Origin: Shigella phage ESh24 | Direction: 5' to 3' (one strand) | Sequence record: ON528734 | DNA: 64,000 bases | In this document: positions 11,119 through 23,341 of the stretch, piece by piece | How positions within the stretch are numbered: position 1 is the first letter of the stretch | How the letters are laid out: every line of letters starts with the position of its first letter | Position numbers and translations under genes: made by a program | Notes under the pieces: model-generated | Databases searched by the model: none | What the model saw: the letters and a program-made list of their open reading frames with translations, nothing else | Told to the model about the DNA's origin: nothing

Positions 11119-11286
11119 ATGTCAGATAAGATTTGTGTTGTCTGTAAAACTCCAATCGATTCTGCATTGGTTGTTGAAACAGACAAAGGTCCTGTACATC
11201 CTGGGCCTTGCTATAATTACATTAAAGAACTACCAGTTTCAGAAAGTTCGGAAGAACAATTAAATGAAACACAACTTTTGCTATAG
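11119..11286 (+). CDS. uvsY.-2: hypothetical Cys-rich small protein (uvsY.-2 position), 55 aa
   Basis: Not in the supplied ORF track (below size cutoff). ATG at 11119 preceded by GAGGAG; product MSDKICVVCKTPIDS... has a CxxC...C pattern. Confidence 0.5.
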   Translation: MSDKICVVCKTPIDSALVVETDKGPVHPGPCYNYIKELPVSESSEEQLNETQLLL

Positions 11287-11341
11287 TGTGACCTTTAGTC
11301 TATAGTTTTGGCCCTTCCTTTTTGGTTGGGCCTTTTTTAAT

Positions 11342-11584
11342 TTAAAAGCTTTCTTCTACTTCATCGTCTGAATCTTCTAATTCAGCTCTTTTTCCTGCCA
11401 AAGCATCTCTGACTGAGATGTCATCAGTATCTTTTAATTCAGTTTCTTTAACTCTTTTCTTATAATAAGCTTCAAGTTCTTCTAAACCTTCTAATGTTTG
11501 ACAAGAGGCAATTTTACCCATAAATTCATCAATAGAAGCTTCATAAAGAAATTGTTTAAATTCTAGTAACATCTTTTTCTCCAA
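11342..11584 (-). CDS. uvsW.1: UvsW.1 small acidic protein
   Basis: 80 aa ORF immediately downstream of uvsW on the same strand. Confidence 0.75.
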   Translation of the reverse strand: MEKKMLLEFKQFLYEASIDEFMGKIASCQTLEGLEELEAYYKKRVKETELKDTDDISVRDALAGKRAELEDSDDEVEESF

Positions 11585-11597
11585 AGGGCCGAAGCCC

Positions 11598-13109
11598 TTA
11601 TAAATTAACTGTTTTCATTACGTAATTAAATTTTTCATCTGCGTAGCGCTGAATACGATCAATGCCGTGTTTTAAAAGATAGTTCAAATGAACATATTTC
11701 TTTTTAGTATTAGCAGATTTTGGCTTAACACCACAATCATCTATGAGGTCCCATACTGTTGCTATTGTCTTAGAACCATGCTTACGTAATACACGACCGA
11801 TTGTTTGTAATACAATAATTTTTGATTTAACACCGTGTGCTAAAACAACGTGGTGCAGATTTTTAACTGAAATACCAGTAGAAAATACACCATAACTAGC
11901 TACTATAATTATTCCTTTACCATTTTCAGCTAAGGTTTTCATTATATTGCGGGTTTCGGTATCAACTTCCCCTGATACGTAATAAACTTTATCGTATTCA
12001 TTTTTAATTAAATCGAAAATAGCTTTACCGTGCGATACATGTTTAAACATGACAAAAGCGTTTTCATCTTTTTGCGCAAGCTTAATAGCTAATTTAGCGA
12101 TCCATTTATTTCTTTTACTAAGCCCAGTAATAATTTTTATTTCTTCTTGATAAGTTTTTCCCTTTAATTTAGTAGTGAACTCATCAGGATAACGAAGAAA
12201 AATACTATTAATTTTTAGCTCAGTTACTTGTCCATCTTCCATTAACTTAGAAGTCGTTACTGGCTTAAATATTTCGCCAAACATTCCAACATACTGCATG
12301 ATATTGGCTTTGCCGTCACGTAATGAACCAGATAGACCAAATTTGAACATGCAGTTATTTAAACCTGATATGATAGATGAAATACTTTTTCCTGTAGCAA
12401 GATGACATTCATCATTCATCATCATTCCAAACTGTGAGAACCATTCTTTTGGTTGTTTTACTACAGTTTGCCATGTACCAACAACGACTGGTGCATCATT
12501 TTTATATTTATCATCTTTTGATGCTCCGCCACCAATTTTCTTTATCATTGCATGACTGAATAAACGATAGTCAACGAAGTCATCAGCCATCTGAGTTGTC
12601 AGAGCAGTTGTTGGAACAATGATAAGAATTTTACCTTCGTAATTTTCCAAATAATATCGCGCAAGCAAAGCTTGAATTAACGATTTACCAGCAGATGTTG
12701 GAAGATTAAGAATTCTACGACGATTAACTAATCCTTCGAACACTGCATCTTTTTGATACCAGTGTGGTTCAATTCTTTTATTTCCTGAATAGATTTCTAA
12801 TTTAGAAAGCCATTCATCAAAATCTTTTCTTGATAATTCTTCTTTTTCATTAATTTGTGGGTCAATCCAGGCTTTATAGCCAAAGTTATCACAGAACTTT
12901 TTAATTTGCCCGACTAAGCCGAATGGAAGAAGACGATTATAATCTAAAAGACGGATTCGTCCATCCCAGTGGCCATATTTGTATTTCGGATTAAAACGAT
13001 ACCCATCAGCTTCAAAGCTAAAGAAATCACGGAGTTCATGAAATGTACTTTCTTCACAATCAATTCTCACGTGACTAAAATCATAAAAATGTACTTTAAT
13101 GTCAGTCAT
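11598..13109 (-). CDS. uvsW: UvsW RNA-DNA / DNA helicase (SF2)
   Basis: 503 aa; putative Walker A (TSAGKS) and DECH (Walker B) motifs; T4 UvsW length and position. Confidence 0.9.
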   Translation of the reverse strand: MTDIKVHFYDFSHVRIDCEESTFHELRDFFSFEADGYRFNPKYKYGHWDGRIRLLDYNRLLPFGLVGQIKKFCDNFGYKAWIDPQINEKEELSRKDFDEWLSKLEIYSGNKRIEPHWYQKDAVFEGLVNRRRILNLPTSAGKSLIQALLARYYLENYEGKILIIVPTTALTTQMADDFVDYRLFSHAMIKKIGGGASKDDKYKNDAPVVVGTWQTVVKQPKEWFSQFGMMMNDECHLATGKSISSIISGLNNCMFKFGLSGSLRDGKANIMQYVGMFGEIFKPVTTSKLMEDGQVTELKINSIFLRYPDEFTTKLKGKTYQEEIKIITGLSKRNKWIAKLAIKLAQKDENAFVMFKHVSHGKAIFDLIKNEYDKVYYVSGEVDTETRNIMKTLAENGKGIIIVASYGVFSTGISVKNLHHVVLAHGVKSKIIVLQTIGRVLRKHGSKTIATVWDLIDDCGVKPKSANTKKKYVHLNYLLKHGIDRIQRYADEKFNYVMKTVNL

Positions 13110-13159
13110 GTCTAAATACCATGTAATAAATATATCTATATTTATACTGAGGAAATATT

Positions 13160-13837
13160 ATGATAGATAAAGATTATATTGCAGAGCTGAAGGCTCTTGA
13201 TGATAATAAAGAAGCTAAAGCTAAATTAGCTGAATATGCTGAACAGTTTGGTATAAAGGTCAAAAAGAATAAATCTTTTGATAATATCGTTGTTGATATT
13301 GAAGAAGCTCTCCAGAAGCTCGCTAGTGAACCTATGCCAGAGACTGATGGGTTATCTATTAAAGACTTAATTGATGCTGCTGATGCTGCAGAGGGATTAA
13401 AATATGACGATGAAGAAGTCAATCCAGAAGCAGCACTTCTGATTGATTCTCCAGTTAAATCTGATATTAAAATTGAAGTGGTAGAAACGGATAAAATTCC
13501 TGAAAATACTGATGTTTTGATTGAAGACACTCCTTTCGTTGAAGAAAAGTTTGAACAAGCTGTAGCTGAGATTATTGAATCTGAAAAACCTGTATTCGCT
13601 CTTCCAGAAAACTTTAGTCCAAATCTTCAATTATTAGGAAAAAATCCAGGTTTCTGCACTGTTCCATGGTGGATTTATCAATGGATCGCTGAAACTCCTG
13701 ATTGGAAATCTCATCCAACTAGTTTTGAACACGCGTCAGCACACCAAACTTTGTTTAGCTTAATTTATTACATTAATCGCGACGGATCAGTTTTAATTCG
13801 TGAAACACGCAATTCTTCTTTCGTAACATTAAAATAA
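13160..13837 (+). CDS. inh: Inh, inhibitor of prohead protease gp21
   Basis: 225 aa; position next to hoc; acidic central region. Confidence 0.8.
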   Translation: MIDKDYIAELKALDDNKEAKAKLAEYAEQFGIKVKKNKSFDNIVVDIEEALQKLASEPMPETDGLSIKDLIDAADAAEGLKYDDEEVNPEAALLIDSPVKSDIKIEVVETDKIPENTDVLIEDTPFVEEKFEQAVAEIIESEKPVFALPENFSPNLQLLGKNPGFCTVPWWIYQWIAETPDWKSHPTSFEHASAHQTLFSLIYYINRDGSVLIRETRNSSFVTLK

Positions 13838-13846
13838 GGATAACAT

Positions 13847-14977
13847 ATGGCTTTTACAGTTGATATAACTCCTAAAACACCTGCTGGAGTTATAGATCAG
13901 ACCCAGCAGTTTACTGCTACGCCCAGTGGTCAAACTGGAGATGGACCTATTACCTATGCTTGGACTGTTGACGATGCACCGCAGGAAGAAACGTCTGCAA
14001 CTTTTGATTATACGTTAAAAGGACCTGCCGGTCAAAAGACTATTAAGGTAGTTGCAACAAACCAAGTTGCAGATAGTAGTCCTGAAACAGCTCAAGCATC
14101 AACTACTATAACGGTTAAAAATAAAACTCAGACAACTACTTTGGCAGTAACTCCTAATAGTCCTCCAGCAGGAGTAATTGGAACCCCAGTTCAATTTACT
14201 GCTGCCTTAGCTTCTCAACCTGATGGAGCGTCTGCTACATATAAATGGTATGTAGATGATTCTCAAGTTGGTGGAGAAACTAACTCTACATTTAGCTATA
14301 CTCTAACTACAAGTGGAGTAAAAAGAATTAAATGCGTAGCCCAAGTAACAGCAGAAAATTACAATGAAAAGGAAGTTACTTCTAATGAAGTATCATTAAC
14401 AGTTAATAAGAAGACAATGAATCTACAGGTTACATTGACTCCTCCTTCTATTAACGTTCAGCAAGATGCTTCAGCTACATTTACCGCTAATGTCACTGGT
14501 GCTCCAGAAGAAGCGCAAATTGAATATTCATGGAAGAAAGATTCTTCTCCTGCAGAAGGGTCAACTAATGTATATACCGTTGATACCTCATCTATTGGAA
14601 GTCAAACTATTGAAGTTACGGCAACTGTTACTGCTACTGATTATGATAGCAAAACAGTTAAAACGACGGGTCAAGTTCAGGTAACTGATAAAGTTGCTCC
14701 AGAACCAGAAGGTGAATTACCTTATGTTCATCCTCTTCCACATCGCACTTCAGCTTACATCTGGTGTGGTTGGTGGGTTATGGATGAAATCCAAAAAATG
14801 ACTGAAGAAGGTAAAGATTGGAAAACTGAAGATCCAGATAGTAAGTACTACTTGCATCGTTATACGCTTCAGAAGATGATGAAAGATTATCCAGAAGTTG
14901 ATGTTCAAGAATCGCGTAATGGATACATCATTCACAAAACTGCTTTAGAAACTGGTATCATCTATACCTATCCATAA
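13847..14977 (+). CDS. hoc: Hoc, highly immunogenic outer capsid protein (Ig-like repeats)
   Basis: 376 aa; T/S/V-rich repeated Ig-like modules; T4 Hoc length and position. Confidence 0.85.
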   Translation: MAFTVDITPKTPAGVIDQTQQFTATPSGQTGDGPITYAWTVDDAPQEETSATFDYTLKGPAGQKTIKVVATNQVADSSPETAQASTTITVKNKTQTTTLAVTPNSPPAGVIGTPVQFTAALASQPDGASATYKWYVDDSQVGGETNSTFSYTLTTSGVKRIKCVAQVTAENYNEKEVTSNEVSLTVNKKTMNLQVTLTPPSINVQQDASATFTANVTGAPEEAQIEYSWKKDSSPAEGSTNVYTVDTSSIGSQTIEVTATVTATDYDSKTVKTTGQVQVTDKVAPEPEGELPYVHPLPHRTSAYIWCGWWVMDEIQKMTEEGKDWKTEDPDSKYYLHRYTLQKMMKDYPEVDVQESRNGYIIHKTALETGIIYTYP

Positions 14978-14983
14978 TCGTAA

Positions 14984-14997
14984 GGGGCTTCGGCCCC
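14984..14997 (+). terminator. rho-independent terminator after hoc (GGGGC-TTCG-GCCCC followed by T7)
   Basis: GC stem with a TTCG tetraloop followed by TTTTTTT. Confidence 0.75.
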
Positions 14998-15066
14998 TTT
15001 TTTCATTTTGAAAGCACACAAAACACAATCAGAAAATGATGTATATAATGGCACCAACTCGATAAC

Positions 15067-15282
15067 ATGAGATTGATTATGAGAACTGAAGTTGTGGTGT
15101 TTACGCTTCATGAGTCTGGAAAGTCATTCATTGAAATTGCTCGTGAATTAAACTTACAGGCGAAAGAAGTGGCTGTATTATGGGCTCGAGCTATGACTGC
15201 AAAGAATAAATTTGAGACTCGAGAAAAAGTTGTCTATAGAAAAAGACACATTAATAAAAAGGTGAAAAATGGAACAGTATGA
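15067..15282 (+). CDS. 24.3: hypothetical protein (24.3 position)
   Basis: 71 aa ORF between hoc and rnlB; start uncertain (alternative ATG at 15079). Confidence 0.55.
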   Translation: MRLIMRTEVVVFTLHESGKSFIEIARELNLQAKEVAVLWARAMTAKNKFETREKVVYRKRHINKKVKNGTV

Positions 15283-15547
15283 TCTTTATGAAAATGAATC
15301 TTTTGCTAATCAATTACGTGAAAAAGCATTAAAAAGTAAACAGTTTAAGCTAGAGTGTTTTATTAAAGATTTTTCAGAACTTGCTAATAAAGCAGCTGAA
15401 CAAGGTAAAACATATTTTAGTTATTATTGTACTGCTCGTGATAAATTGATTACTGAAGAAATTGGTGATTGGCTGAGAAAAGAAGGATTTAATTTTAAAG
15501 TCAATAGTGATCAGCGTGATGGTGATTGGTTAGAAATTACATTTTGA
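15269..15547 (+). CDS. 24.2: hypothetical protein (24.2 position)
   Basis: 92 aa ORF with an AGGTGA-type RBS; overlaps the upstream ORF. Confidence 0.6.
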   Translation: MEQYDLYENESFANQLREKALKSKQFKLECFIKDFSELANKAAEQGKTYFSYYCTARDKLITEEIGDWLRKEGFNFKVNSDQRDGDWLEITF

Positions 15548-15556
15548 GGATTAATT

Positions 15557-16561
15557 ATGTTTAAAAAGTATAGCAGTCTTGAAAATCATTACAACTCTAA
15601 ATTTATTGAAAAACTTTATAGCTTGGGATTGACTGGCGGCGAATGGGTAGCTCGTGAAAAAATTCATGGAACAAACTTTTCTTTGATTATTGAGCGTGAT
15701 AAAGTAACTTGCGCTAAACGTACTGGACCGATTCTTCCTGCTGAAGATTTCTTTGGGTATGAAATTATTCTAAAGAATTACGCTGATTCCATTAAAGCAG
15801 TACAAGATATTATGGAAATTTCAGCTGTTGTGACTTATCAGGTATTTGGCGAATTTGCTGGTCCTGGTATTCAGAAAAATGTTGATTATGGTAATAAAGA
15901 TTTTTACGTGTTTGATATTATTGTTACTACCGAAAGTGGTGATGTAACTTATGTCGATGATTACATGATGGAATCGTTTTGTAATTCATTTGGGTTTAAA
16001 ATCGCTCCACTTTTGGGTCGTGGTAAATTTGAAGATCTTATTAAAATTCCAAATGATTTGGATTCTGTTGTTCCGTCTTATAATTTTACCGTAGATAATG
16101 CAGGTTTAATTGACGCTAACAAATGTGTTTGGAAAGCTGAAGCAAAAGGCGAAGTATTTACCGCTGAAGGATATGTATTGAAACCTTGTTATCCTTCTTG
16201 GCTGCCTAATCGCAATCGTGTAGCCATCAAATGCAAGAATTCTAAATTTAGTGAAAAGAAAAAGTCTGATAAGCCTATTAAAGCTAAAGTTGAATTGTCA
16301 GAAGCTGATAACAAATTGGTGGGAATTTTAGCTTGTTACGTTACACTGAACCGAGTAAATAACGTTATTTCTAAAATTGGCGAAATTGGTCCAAAGGATT
16401 TTGGAAAGGTGATGGGGCTAACTGTCCAAGATATTTTGGAAGAAACTTCTCGTGAAGGTATTACTCTAACTCAAGCAGATAATCCTTCTTTGATTAAAAA
16501 GGAATTAGTTAAAATGGTGCAAGATGTACTTCGTCCAGCTTGGATTGAGTTGGTGAGCTAA
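15557..16561 (+). CDS. rnlB: RNA ligase 2 (Rnl2)
   Basis: 334 aa; nucleotidyltransferase lysine motif KIHGTN near the N-terminus; T4 Rnl2 length and position. Confidence 0.9.
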   Translation: MFKKYSSLENHYNSKFIEKLYSLGLTGGEWVAREKIHGTNFSLIIERDKVTCAKRTGPILPAEDFFGYEIILKNYADSIKAVQDIMEISAVVTYQVFGEFAGPGIQKNVDYGNKDFYVFDIIVTTESGDVTYVDDYMMESFCNSFGFKIAPLLGRGKFEDLIKIPNDLDSVVPSYNFTVDNAGLIDANKCVWKAEAKGEVFTAEGYVLKPCYPSWLPNRNRVAIKCKNSKFSEKKKSDKPIKAKVELSEADNKLVGILACYVTLNRVNNVISKIGEIGPKDFGKVMGLTVQDILEETSREGITLTQADNPSLIKKELVKMVQDVLRPAWIELVS

Positions 16562-16568
16562 ATAAAAA

Positions 16569-16584
16569 GGGACCTTTCGGTCCC
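16569..16584. terminator. bidirectional stem-loop terminator (GGGACC-TTTC-GGTCCC)
   Basis: Between convergent rnlB (+) and gene 24 (-); T-rich flank. Confidence 0.7.
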
Positions 16585-16590
16585 TTTGTT

Positions 16591-17874
16591 TTATTCATCA
16601 ATGATAATTTTTGGTAGCTTAACACCCAATAAAACAGACAAATCTGAACGACCCGCCATTTTATCCATGTCTCCACCATCAATTACTCTTGCTTCTTTTT
16701 CATCTTTTGCTACGGTGTAAGGATTTGCAGATAAAGCATATCTAACTAATAAACCGATAGACGGTTGCAAGCTTTCTGGATCAACAACAACTTTAAATGC
16801 ACCTACATGTTCAGGGTCATCTAAATCGAGACCTTCTGTATACGGAGCATAGAAAATTGATCCAACGATTTCTTTTTCACCGATATTTTCTACTACGCCA
16901 ACGATTACATAATCTAATGGGCTATTAGTATCGCAATAAAGCGGTAAACCATTAGCTAAGAACCCATAGGCATTTTGTGAAAGATATTTATCATCTTCTG
17001 GTTTATGTTTTAACCAACCTGATGCAGCAAGAATCGCGGCGGCACGAGCAGAAGCAACACAGAACGTTGCTGTATAAGTTGATTCTTTTTGGATATGCGA
17101 AACCATTTCGCATACCATTCGGTATAATGAACGACCAGCTTCAGGTGCAGATGCATAACTCAAATCAATGAATCCAGTATCAGTAATTCCTGTAACTTTA
17201 TAACGTTTTGATACTGTAATCAAAGACTGCAGAATATCTTTATTGATTTCATCTGCCATTTCAGTTGCAAGCAAATCTTCTAAGAAATTAGGAGCATCGA
17301 ATCCATTTGCTTCTAAATCTTGTGCTAATTCAACTGTGATACCAGTTTTAAGTTTACGAGATTTAACTGCGGTTTGCCATTTATTAATCTGGAATCTAGC
17401 ATCCGCAATTTCACTATCAGAGCTTTCAAATTTGCTTGTTGACGCTGCGTCAGAAAATAGACGAACCTTTAAAAGAACAATTGCAATCTGAAGAGCTAAT
17501 TCTAAATCACTTTCTTCAATATCAGCAAATGGTGTATCTTCTAATACTTTATAAACGATATTATTATATTTGAATAAATCGCCTTTATTGAGAGTTAATT
17601 TAGACTCTTCTGTTAATTCTGTGATTTGTTCTCGGTCTACATATCCAGCTTCGCCAGCGTAAGTAGCACCAGTTTTAAATGTAAATTCATTGTCTGGGTT
17701 AAGGTATTTGATACCATAAAAAGCAGCAACAGGTTGATTAGTTCTTTGCGTTGCTACAATGTCAGAATATATTAATTTAGTGGTAGCGCGAGTCAAAGCA
17801 ACGAGATTTGGGCGACCGATTGAGTTGCTATTCGTTGTGGTTGATTCGCGCAGAAGTTCGTTGATTTTAGCCAT
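16591..17874 (-). CDS. 24: head vertex protein gp24
   Basis: 427 aa; paralogous to the downstream major capsid protein; T4 gp24 length. Confidence 0.9.
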   Translation of the reverse strand: MAKINELLRESTTTNSNSIGRPNLVALTRATTKLIYSDIVATQRTNQPVAAFYGIKYLNPDNEFTFKTGATYAGEAGYVDREQITELTEESKLTLNKGDLFKYNNIVYKVLEDTPFADIEESDLELALQIAIVLLKVRLFSDAASTSKFESSDSEIADARFQINKWQTAVKSRKLKTGITVELAQDLEANGFDAPNFLEDLLATEMADEINKDILQSLITVSKRYKVTGITDTGFIDLSYASAPEAGRSLYRMVCEMVSHIQKESTYTATFCVASARAAAILAASGWLKHKPEDDKYLSQNAYGFLANGLPLYCDTNSPLDYVIVGVVENIGEKEIVGSIFYAPYTEGLDLDDPEHVGAFKVVVDPESLQPSIGLLVRYALSANPYTVAKDEKEARVIDGGDMDKMAGRSDLSVLLGVKLPKIIIDE

Positions 17875-17901
17875 TGCGCTTTCCTTTCAGTTTATATGAT
17901 T

Positions 17902-17909
17902 TATTTATA
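17902..17909 (-). promoter_or_regulatory. late promoter TATAAATA for gene 24
   Basis: Plus strand reads TATTTATA, so the minus strand reads TATAAATA just upstream of the gene 24 start. Confidence 0.55.
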
Positions 17910-17926
17910 CCATAAAAACAACTAAA

Positions 17927-17942
17927 GGGACCCGAAGGTCCC
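17927..17942 (-). terminator. stem-loop terminator after gene 23 (GGGACC-CGAA-GGTCCC)
   Basis: GC-rich hairpin immediately 3' of gene 23 on the minus strand. Confidence 0.65.
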
Positions 17943-17957
17943 TTAAATCGTCAAAGA

Positions 17958-19523
17958 TTAGATACCTTTAACATATACACGGCGGAAGTAAGCGTTCTTA
18001 CCAAGGCTGTTCAGGATAGAAGGCATACCACTCTGAATGCGAGAAGCCGGAGCCTGAGCAGCGGATTCTGCAAATGGGTTGATACCGATACCGTAACGAG
18101 TTTTGAACCCCATTACCGGTTGGAAGTTCTTCGGATCAGAACCACGCAGTGGAGTCAGAGCTACATATGGAGCGTAGTAAATACCAGCATCCATTTCGTT
18201 CGGACCTTTATAACCTACAGTGAAATAATCCTGTTTAGCATACTGGTCGATATATACACGGTATTTACCACCCAGAACACCAGCAAATACTGACTTGGTA
18301 GTATCAGTGTTAAAGCCAGTAGCCAGACCCTGTGCAGCATAAGAAATGCCGGTATCAACTGAAGCCAGAACGTTAACTACGTTACGGGAAGCGATAATGA
18401 AGTTACCTTCACCACGACCGGTCTGACGAGCAATTTCAACTGCTTCTTTGTCAATCTGGAACAACAGAGCTTTAAAGGATTCACCCGCCCAGCGAGCACC
18501 ACGAATATCGATTGGGTCCTGGAAGTCAAATACACCAGCTTTAGAACCCGGAGTCAGGGTCATACCAGATTTACCAACCTGAGCGGAGTAGTTAATCCAA
18601 TCAACAACTTCACGGTTGATTTCCAGCATAATTTCTGTAGCCAGAATACCAGACAGTTCAGCATCAGCATCCATACCGTGAACAGCGCGGAGGTCTTGTG
18701 CTAATTCAATAGAGTAAGCAGCTTTCAGCTGACGAGATTTAGCTTCGATAACTTGTTTATCGATACGGAAGCCCATTTCATTCCACGGGTTATCGGTAGA
18801 ACCGTTAAAACCTTCTTGAAGTTCAGCGATAGAAGTAGCCATACCTTCAGCGATTTCTACCAGTACACCAGCTTCCATTTGTTTCTTAATTTCAGCATCT
18901 AATTTGTCTGCGTCAGATGCGCCTGAATCAATTTGTTTAGCTGCTGTAGCTTGCAGATACACAGTACCAGTGTCCTGGAAGAAGTGGGTGTAAATAGTTC
19001 CGACTTCAAGAGTATCACTTGCTTTCAAAGCAGCGAATTTCTTAGCAGCACCCTGACCAGAGAACATTGCATCTGGACCATACATTGGGTGGAATGCTTC
19101 TTTAGCGCCGGAAGCGATTGGATCTTTACCATATACTGCGCGCAGCGCGAATACCTGGCCAGTCGGGCTGTTCATCGGCTGAACACCGCAAATATCGAAA
19201 GCAATCAGGTTAGGAATAGCACGACGTACCATACCCATAACAGCTGGGCCAATCTGAGTTACTGCACCAGAAGTCTGACCCGCAGCGATGTTGGTAGCAT
19301 TGTAACCGTGGTCACCACCGATTTCAGCTTCTGTTAAGAAAGAACCGAATGCCTGAGCAATTTTTTCGTCTTTATATTCCGGAGCTGTCTGGAAATCTTT
19401 TTCCTGGTTTTCAAAGATTTTAGCGATAATCGCTTGTTTGCTATTAGCAATTTCCGGTAAACCTTCACCTTCCAGTAATGGCTTCCATTTGTTCAAAAGT
19501 TCAGCTTTAGTTTTGATAGTCAT
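17958..19523 (-). CDS. 23: major capsid protein gp23
   Basis: 521 aa; high-GC-codon, highly expressed gene; T4 gp23 length and position. Confidence 0.95.
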   Translation of the reverse strand: MTIKTKAELLNKWKPLLEGEGLPEIANSKQAIIAKIFENQEKDFQTAPEYKDEKIAQAFGSFLTEAEIGGDHGYNATNIAAGQTSGAVTQIGPAVMGMVRRAIPNLIAFDICGVQPMNSPTGQVFALRAVYGKDPIASGAKEAFHPMYGPDAMFSGQGAAKKFAALKASDTLEVGTIYTHFFQDTGTVYLQATAAKQIDSGASDADKLDAEIKKQMEAGVLVEIAEGMATSIAELQEGFNGSTDNPWNEMGFRIDKQVIEAKSRQLKAAYSIELAQDLRAVHGMDADAELSGILATEIMLEINREVVDWINYSAQVGKSGMTLTPGSKAGVFDFQDPIDIRGARWAGESFKALLFQIDKEAVEIARQTGRGEGNFIIASRNVVNVLASVDTGISYAAQGLATGFNTDTTKSVFAGVLGGKYRVYIDQYAKQDYFTVGYKGPNEMDAGIYYAPYVALTPLRGSDPKNFQPVMGFKTRYGIGINPFAESAAQAPASRIQSGMPSILNSLGKNAYFRRVYVKGI

Positions 19524-19541
19524 TTGTGTTAACCTTTAAAA

Positions 19542-20351
19542 TTAGAAACGAGATGCGACTTTCGCATATACACTTACAATATCTTCTGCACCTTGCGCAG
19601 ATTTATCTTCTACAGCTTCAGTGACGAAATTCAGTCCGGCTGCTTCAGTATCAGGAGTATTTATACTCTCAGTAATAGTGCTTTCATCTTTATTAGATTT
19701 CTTCACCATTTCTACGATGGCGCTCAATTTGCTTGAGAATGCATCTGAATAATCAATACCTTCGACCAGAGCAGAGACTTTTTCTTTTTGAGACTCAGTC
19801 AGATCTTTAGTACTTTCGCTCAATGCCACTTCACGCTGCACATAATTGATATATGCGTCACGCTTATTGAGTTCTTCGAACAGACGAGCTGATTCTTCTT
19901 TGTGTTCTTGCAGTTCTTCTTCCATTTCAGCTACAACATCAACTGATTCTTCTGGAACAACAACGTTGTGTTCAACGAAGAGCTCTTTCAATCCACCAAG
20001 CATGGATTCAAACAGTTCGGCTTTGATGCCTTTATCTACTGCTAATTTATTTTCAGTGAGCCATTCTTTTGCAAGATGGTCAAGGAATTTAGAAGCTTGC
20101 TCAGCGATTTTCTTCTCAGCTTTTTCTTCTGCTTCTTCTTTATTTTTTTCTACTTCTTCTTCTGCTTTTTCAGCAATTTTAGCGATATGAGATTCAGCTA
20201 ATTTAACGGCGTGCTGCTTGACGGTAGCTTCGAATACAGTGCCGAAAGTTTCTTTTGCTTCCGGAGAAATATTAACTGATTCGAAAATACTATCAAGAGC
20301 AACGGAAGCATCAATTTTCTGCGCTTCGGCAATCAGTTGTTCTTTAAGCAT
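19542..20351 (-). CDS. 22: prohead core scaffold protein gp22
   Basis: 269 aa; acidic coiled-coil-rich; T4 gp22 length. Confidence 0.9.
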   Translation of the reverse strand: MLKEQLIAEAQKIDASVALDSIFESVNISPEAKETFGTVFEATVKQHAVKLAESHIAKIAEKAEEEVEKNKEEAEEKAEKKIAEQASKFLDHLAKEWLTENKLAVDKGIKAELFESMLGGLKELFVEHNVVVPEESVDVVAEMEEELQEHKEESARLFEELNKRDAYINYVQREVALSESTKDLTESQKEKVSALVEGIDYSDAFSSKLSAIVEMVKKSNKDESTITESINTPDTEAAGLNFVTEAVEDKSAQGAEDIVSVYAKVASRF

Positions 20352-20381
20352 TTTGTAGTCCTGTTGTTTAGATAATAATAT

Positions 20382-21020
20382 TTATAACGCTTTTTTCATG
20401 GCCTCTGCGAGAGCCATATAGGCGTCATCGGCACTTGTATCGGCTTCCGCCGTCTGTGATTCGGTAATTTCCTTAGGAGTTACCCATGCATCTGGAGCAC
20501 TTGGACCCCATACTGCATCAACACCTACAGTTAATTTGAATCCTTCGTTTACGATACGATAACCTTTATTTGTGTCAGTCAATGAACCTAATCCACGAGA
20601 AGAAACTCCTGGAATCCATCCGGCACGAATATTAGCTGCTAATTTATCTCCAGGACCGTGGTCACCTTCAATAACACGAGCTCGTCCGTATACGTCATTT
20701 CCTTTCCACCACATATCTTCTATAATGATAGCGGCTTGCATTGGGTCAACATTAGCGCGTGGAGGATGATTTAATTCTCCGAGAGCTTGTTTAGTTAAAA
20801 CTTGCTCATTGATATAGTCTTTTACCGCTTTTTCTAATATACGTTTTGGATAAAGACGTTTATTTCTATTGACGACTTCTGCTTGCATGAATATTCCTTC
20901 GATGTATAAACCAGGTTTTAAACCTAAGTCTTTCCCATCATGGGATTCAAGCATTGGCACACCATCAATAATTTCGCCAGGTTGACCCCAAGTTTCAATT
21001 AGCAATTGGGGTTCATTCAT
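20382..21020 (-). CDS. 21: prohead core protease gp21
   Basis: 212 aa; T4 gp21 length and position. Confidence 0.9.
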   Translation of the reverse strand: MNEPQLLIETWGQPGEIIDGVPMLESHDGKDLGLKPGLYIEGIFMQAEVVNRNKRLYPKRILEKAVKDYINEQVLTKQALGELNHPPRANVDPMQAAIIIEDMWWKGNDVYGRARVIEGDHGPGDKLAANIRAGWIPGVSSRGLGSLTDTNKGYRIVNEGFKLTVGVDAVWGPSAPDAWVTPKEITESQTAEADTSADDAYMALAEAMKKAL

Positions 21021-21445
21021 TAGCTTAATCCTAATGCTTTACGGCGTTTAAGAGCTTTTTTACGCTTACGCTGAGCACGAGATTGACCTGCTGGATTGGC
21101 AATCTTCGTTTTGGTAGCTTTACGAGCAATTTGTCTACGTTTTGCTTTAGACAACCCGGTAGTTTGAAATGCATTACGTTCGCGGGTTTTGCGATCTTTA
21201 GTGCGAGTAATTTCACCACGGGCAGAAACATGTTTAACGATGAATTCATTTAACGGCATATTTTCATTAATAGAAGCTAATGCAACCGCTAAATCAGTTT
21301 CATCATCAAGCATATTCTCGATAATTTTATTTATATCGTCTTTATTTAAAGCAGAAGACAACTCGTCAAAGCGACCCTGTGCTTCAGGAATAAGTGCTTC
21401 GACATTCTCGAGAACTAATTCATGAGTTTCAGGGATTAGAATCAT
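21020..21445 (-). CDS. 68: prohead core protein gp68
   Basis: 141 aa; T4 gp68 length and position. Confidence 0.8.
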   Translation of the reverse strand: MILIPETHELVLENVEALIPEAQGRFDELSSALNKDDINKIIENMLDDETDLAVALASINENMPLNEFIVKHVSARGEITRTKDRKTRERNAFQTTGLSKAKRRQIARKATKTKIANPAGQSRAQRKRKKALKRRKALGLS

Positions 21446-21683
21446 TATTCATCATCCTCGTCTTCGTCAGAGTCTTTGTCTTTTTTGTCGTCTTTATCAT
21501 CATTATCGTCGTCGTCATCTTCATCCTCGTCATCAGGTTCTTCACCCTCGATTAAGAAATTACGAGCGATAGTGATTTTTTCTTCTTTGATTAAATCAGT
21601 CGTTCTTGCAGCCATGGCTTCAGCAAATAATTTACGAGCGGCTACGAGGTCGTTTGATTTAATAGCTTCAATTAAACCTTCCA

Positions 21684-21684
<1 letters not shown>
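21445..21684 (-). CDS. 67: prohead core protein gp67 (acidic C-terminus)
   Basis: 79 aa with a poly-Asp/Glu tail; T4 gp67 length and position. Confidence 0.8.
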
Positions 21685-23309
<1,625 letters not shown>

Positions 23310-23318
23310 TTAAGCAGG

Positions 23319-23336
23319 ATGGGGATTTCTCCCCAT
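23319..23336 (-). terminator. stem-loop after gene 19 (ATGGGGA-TTTC-TCCCCAT)
   Basis: Inverted repeat directly 3' of gene 19. Confidence 0.5.
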
Positions 23337-23341
23337 TCATT

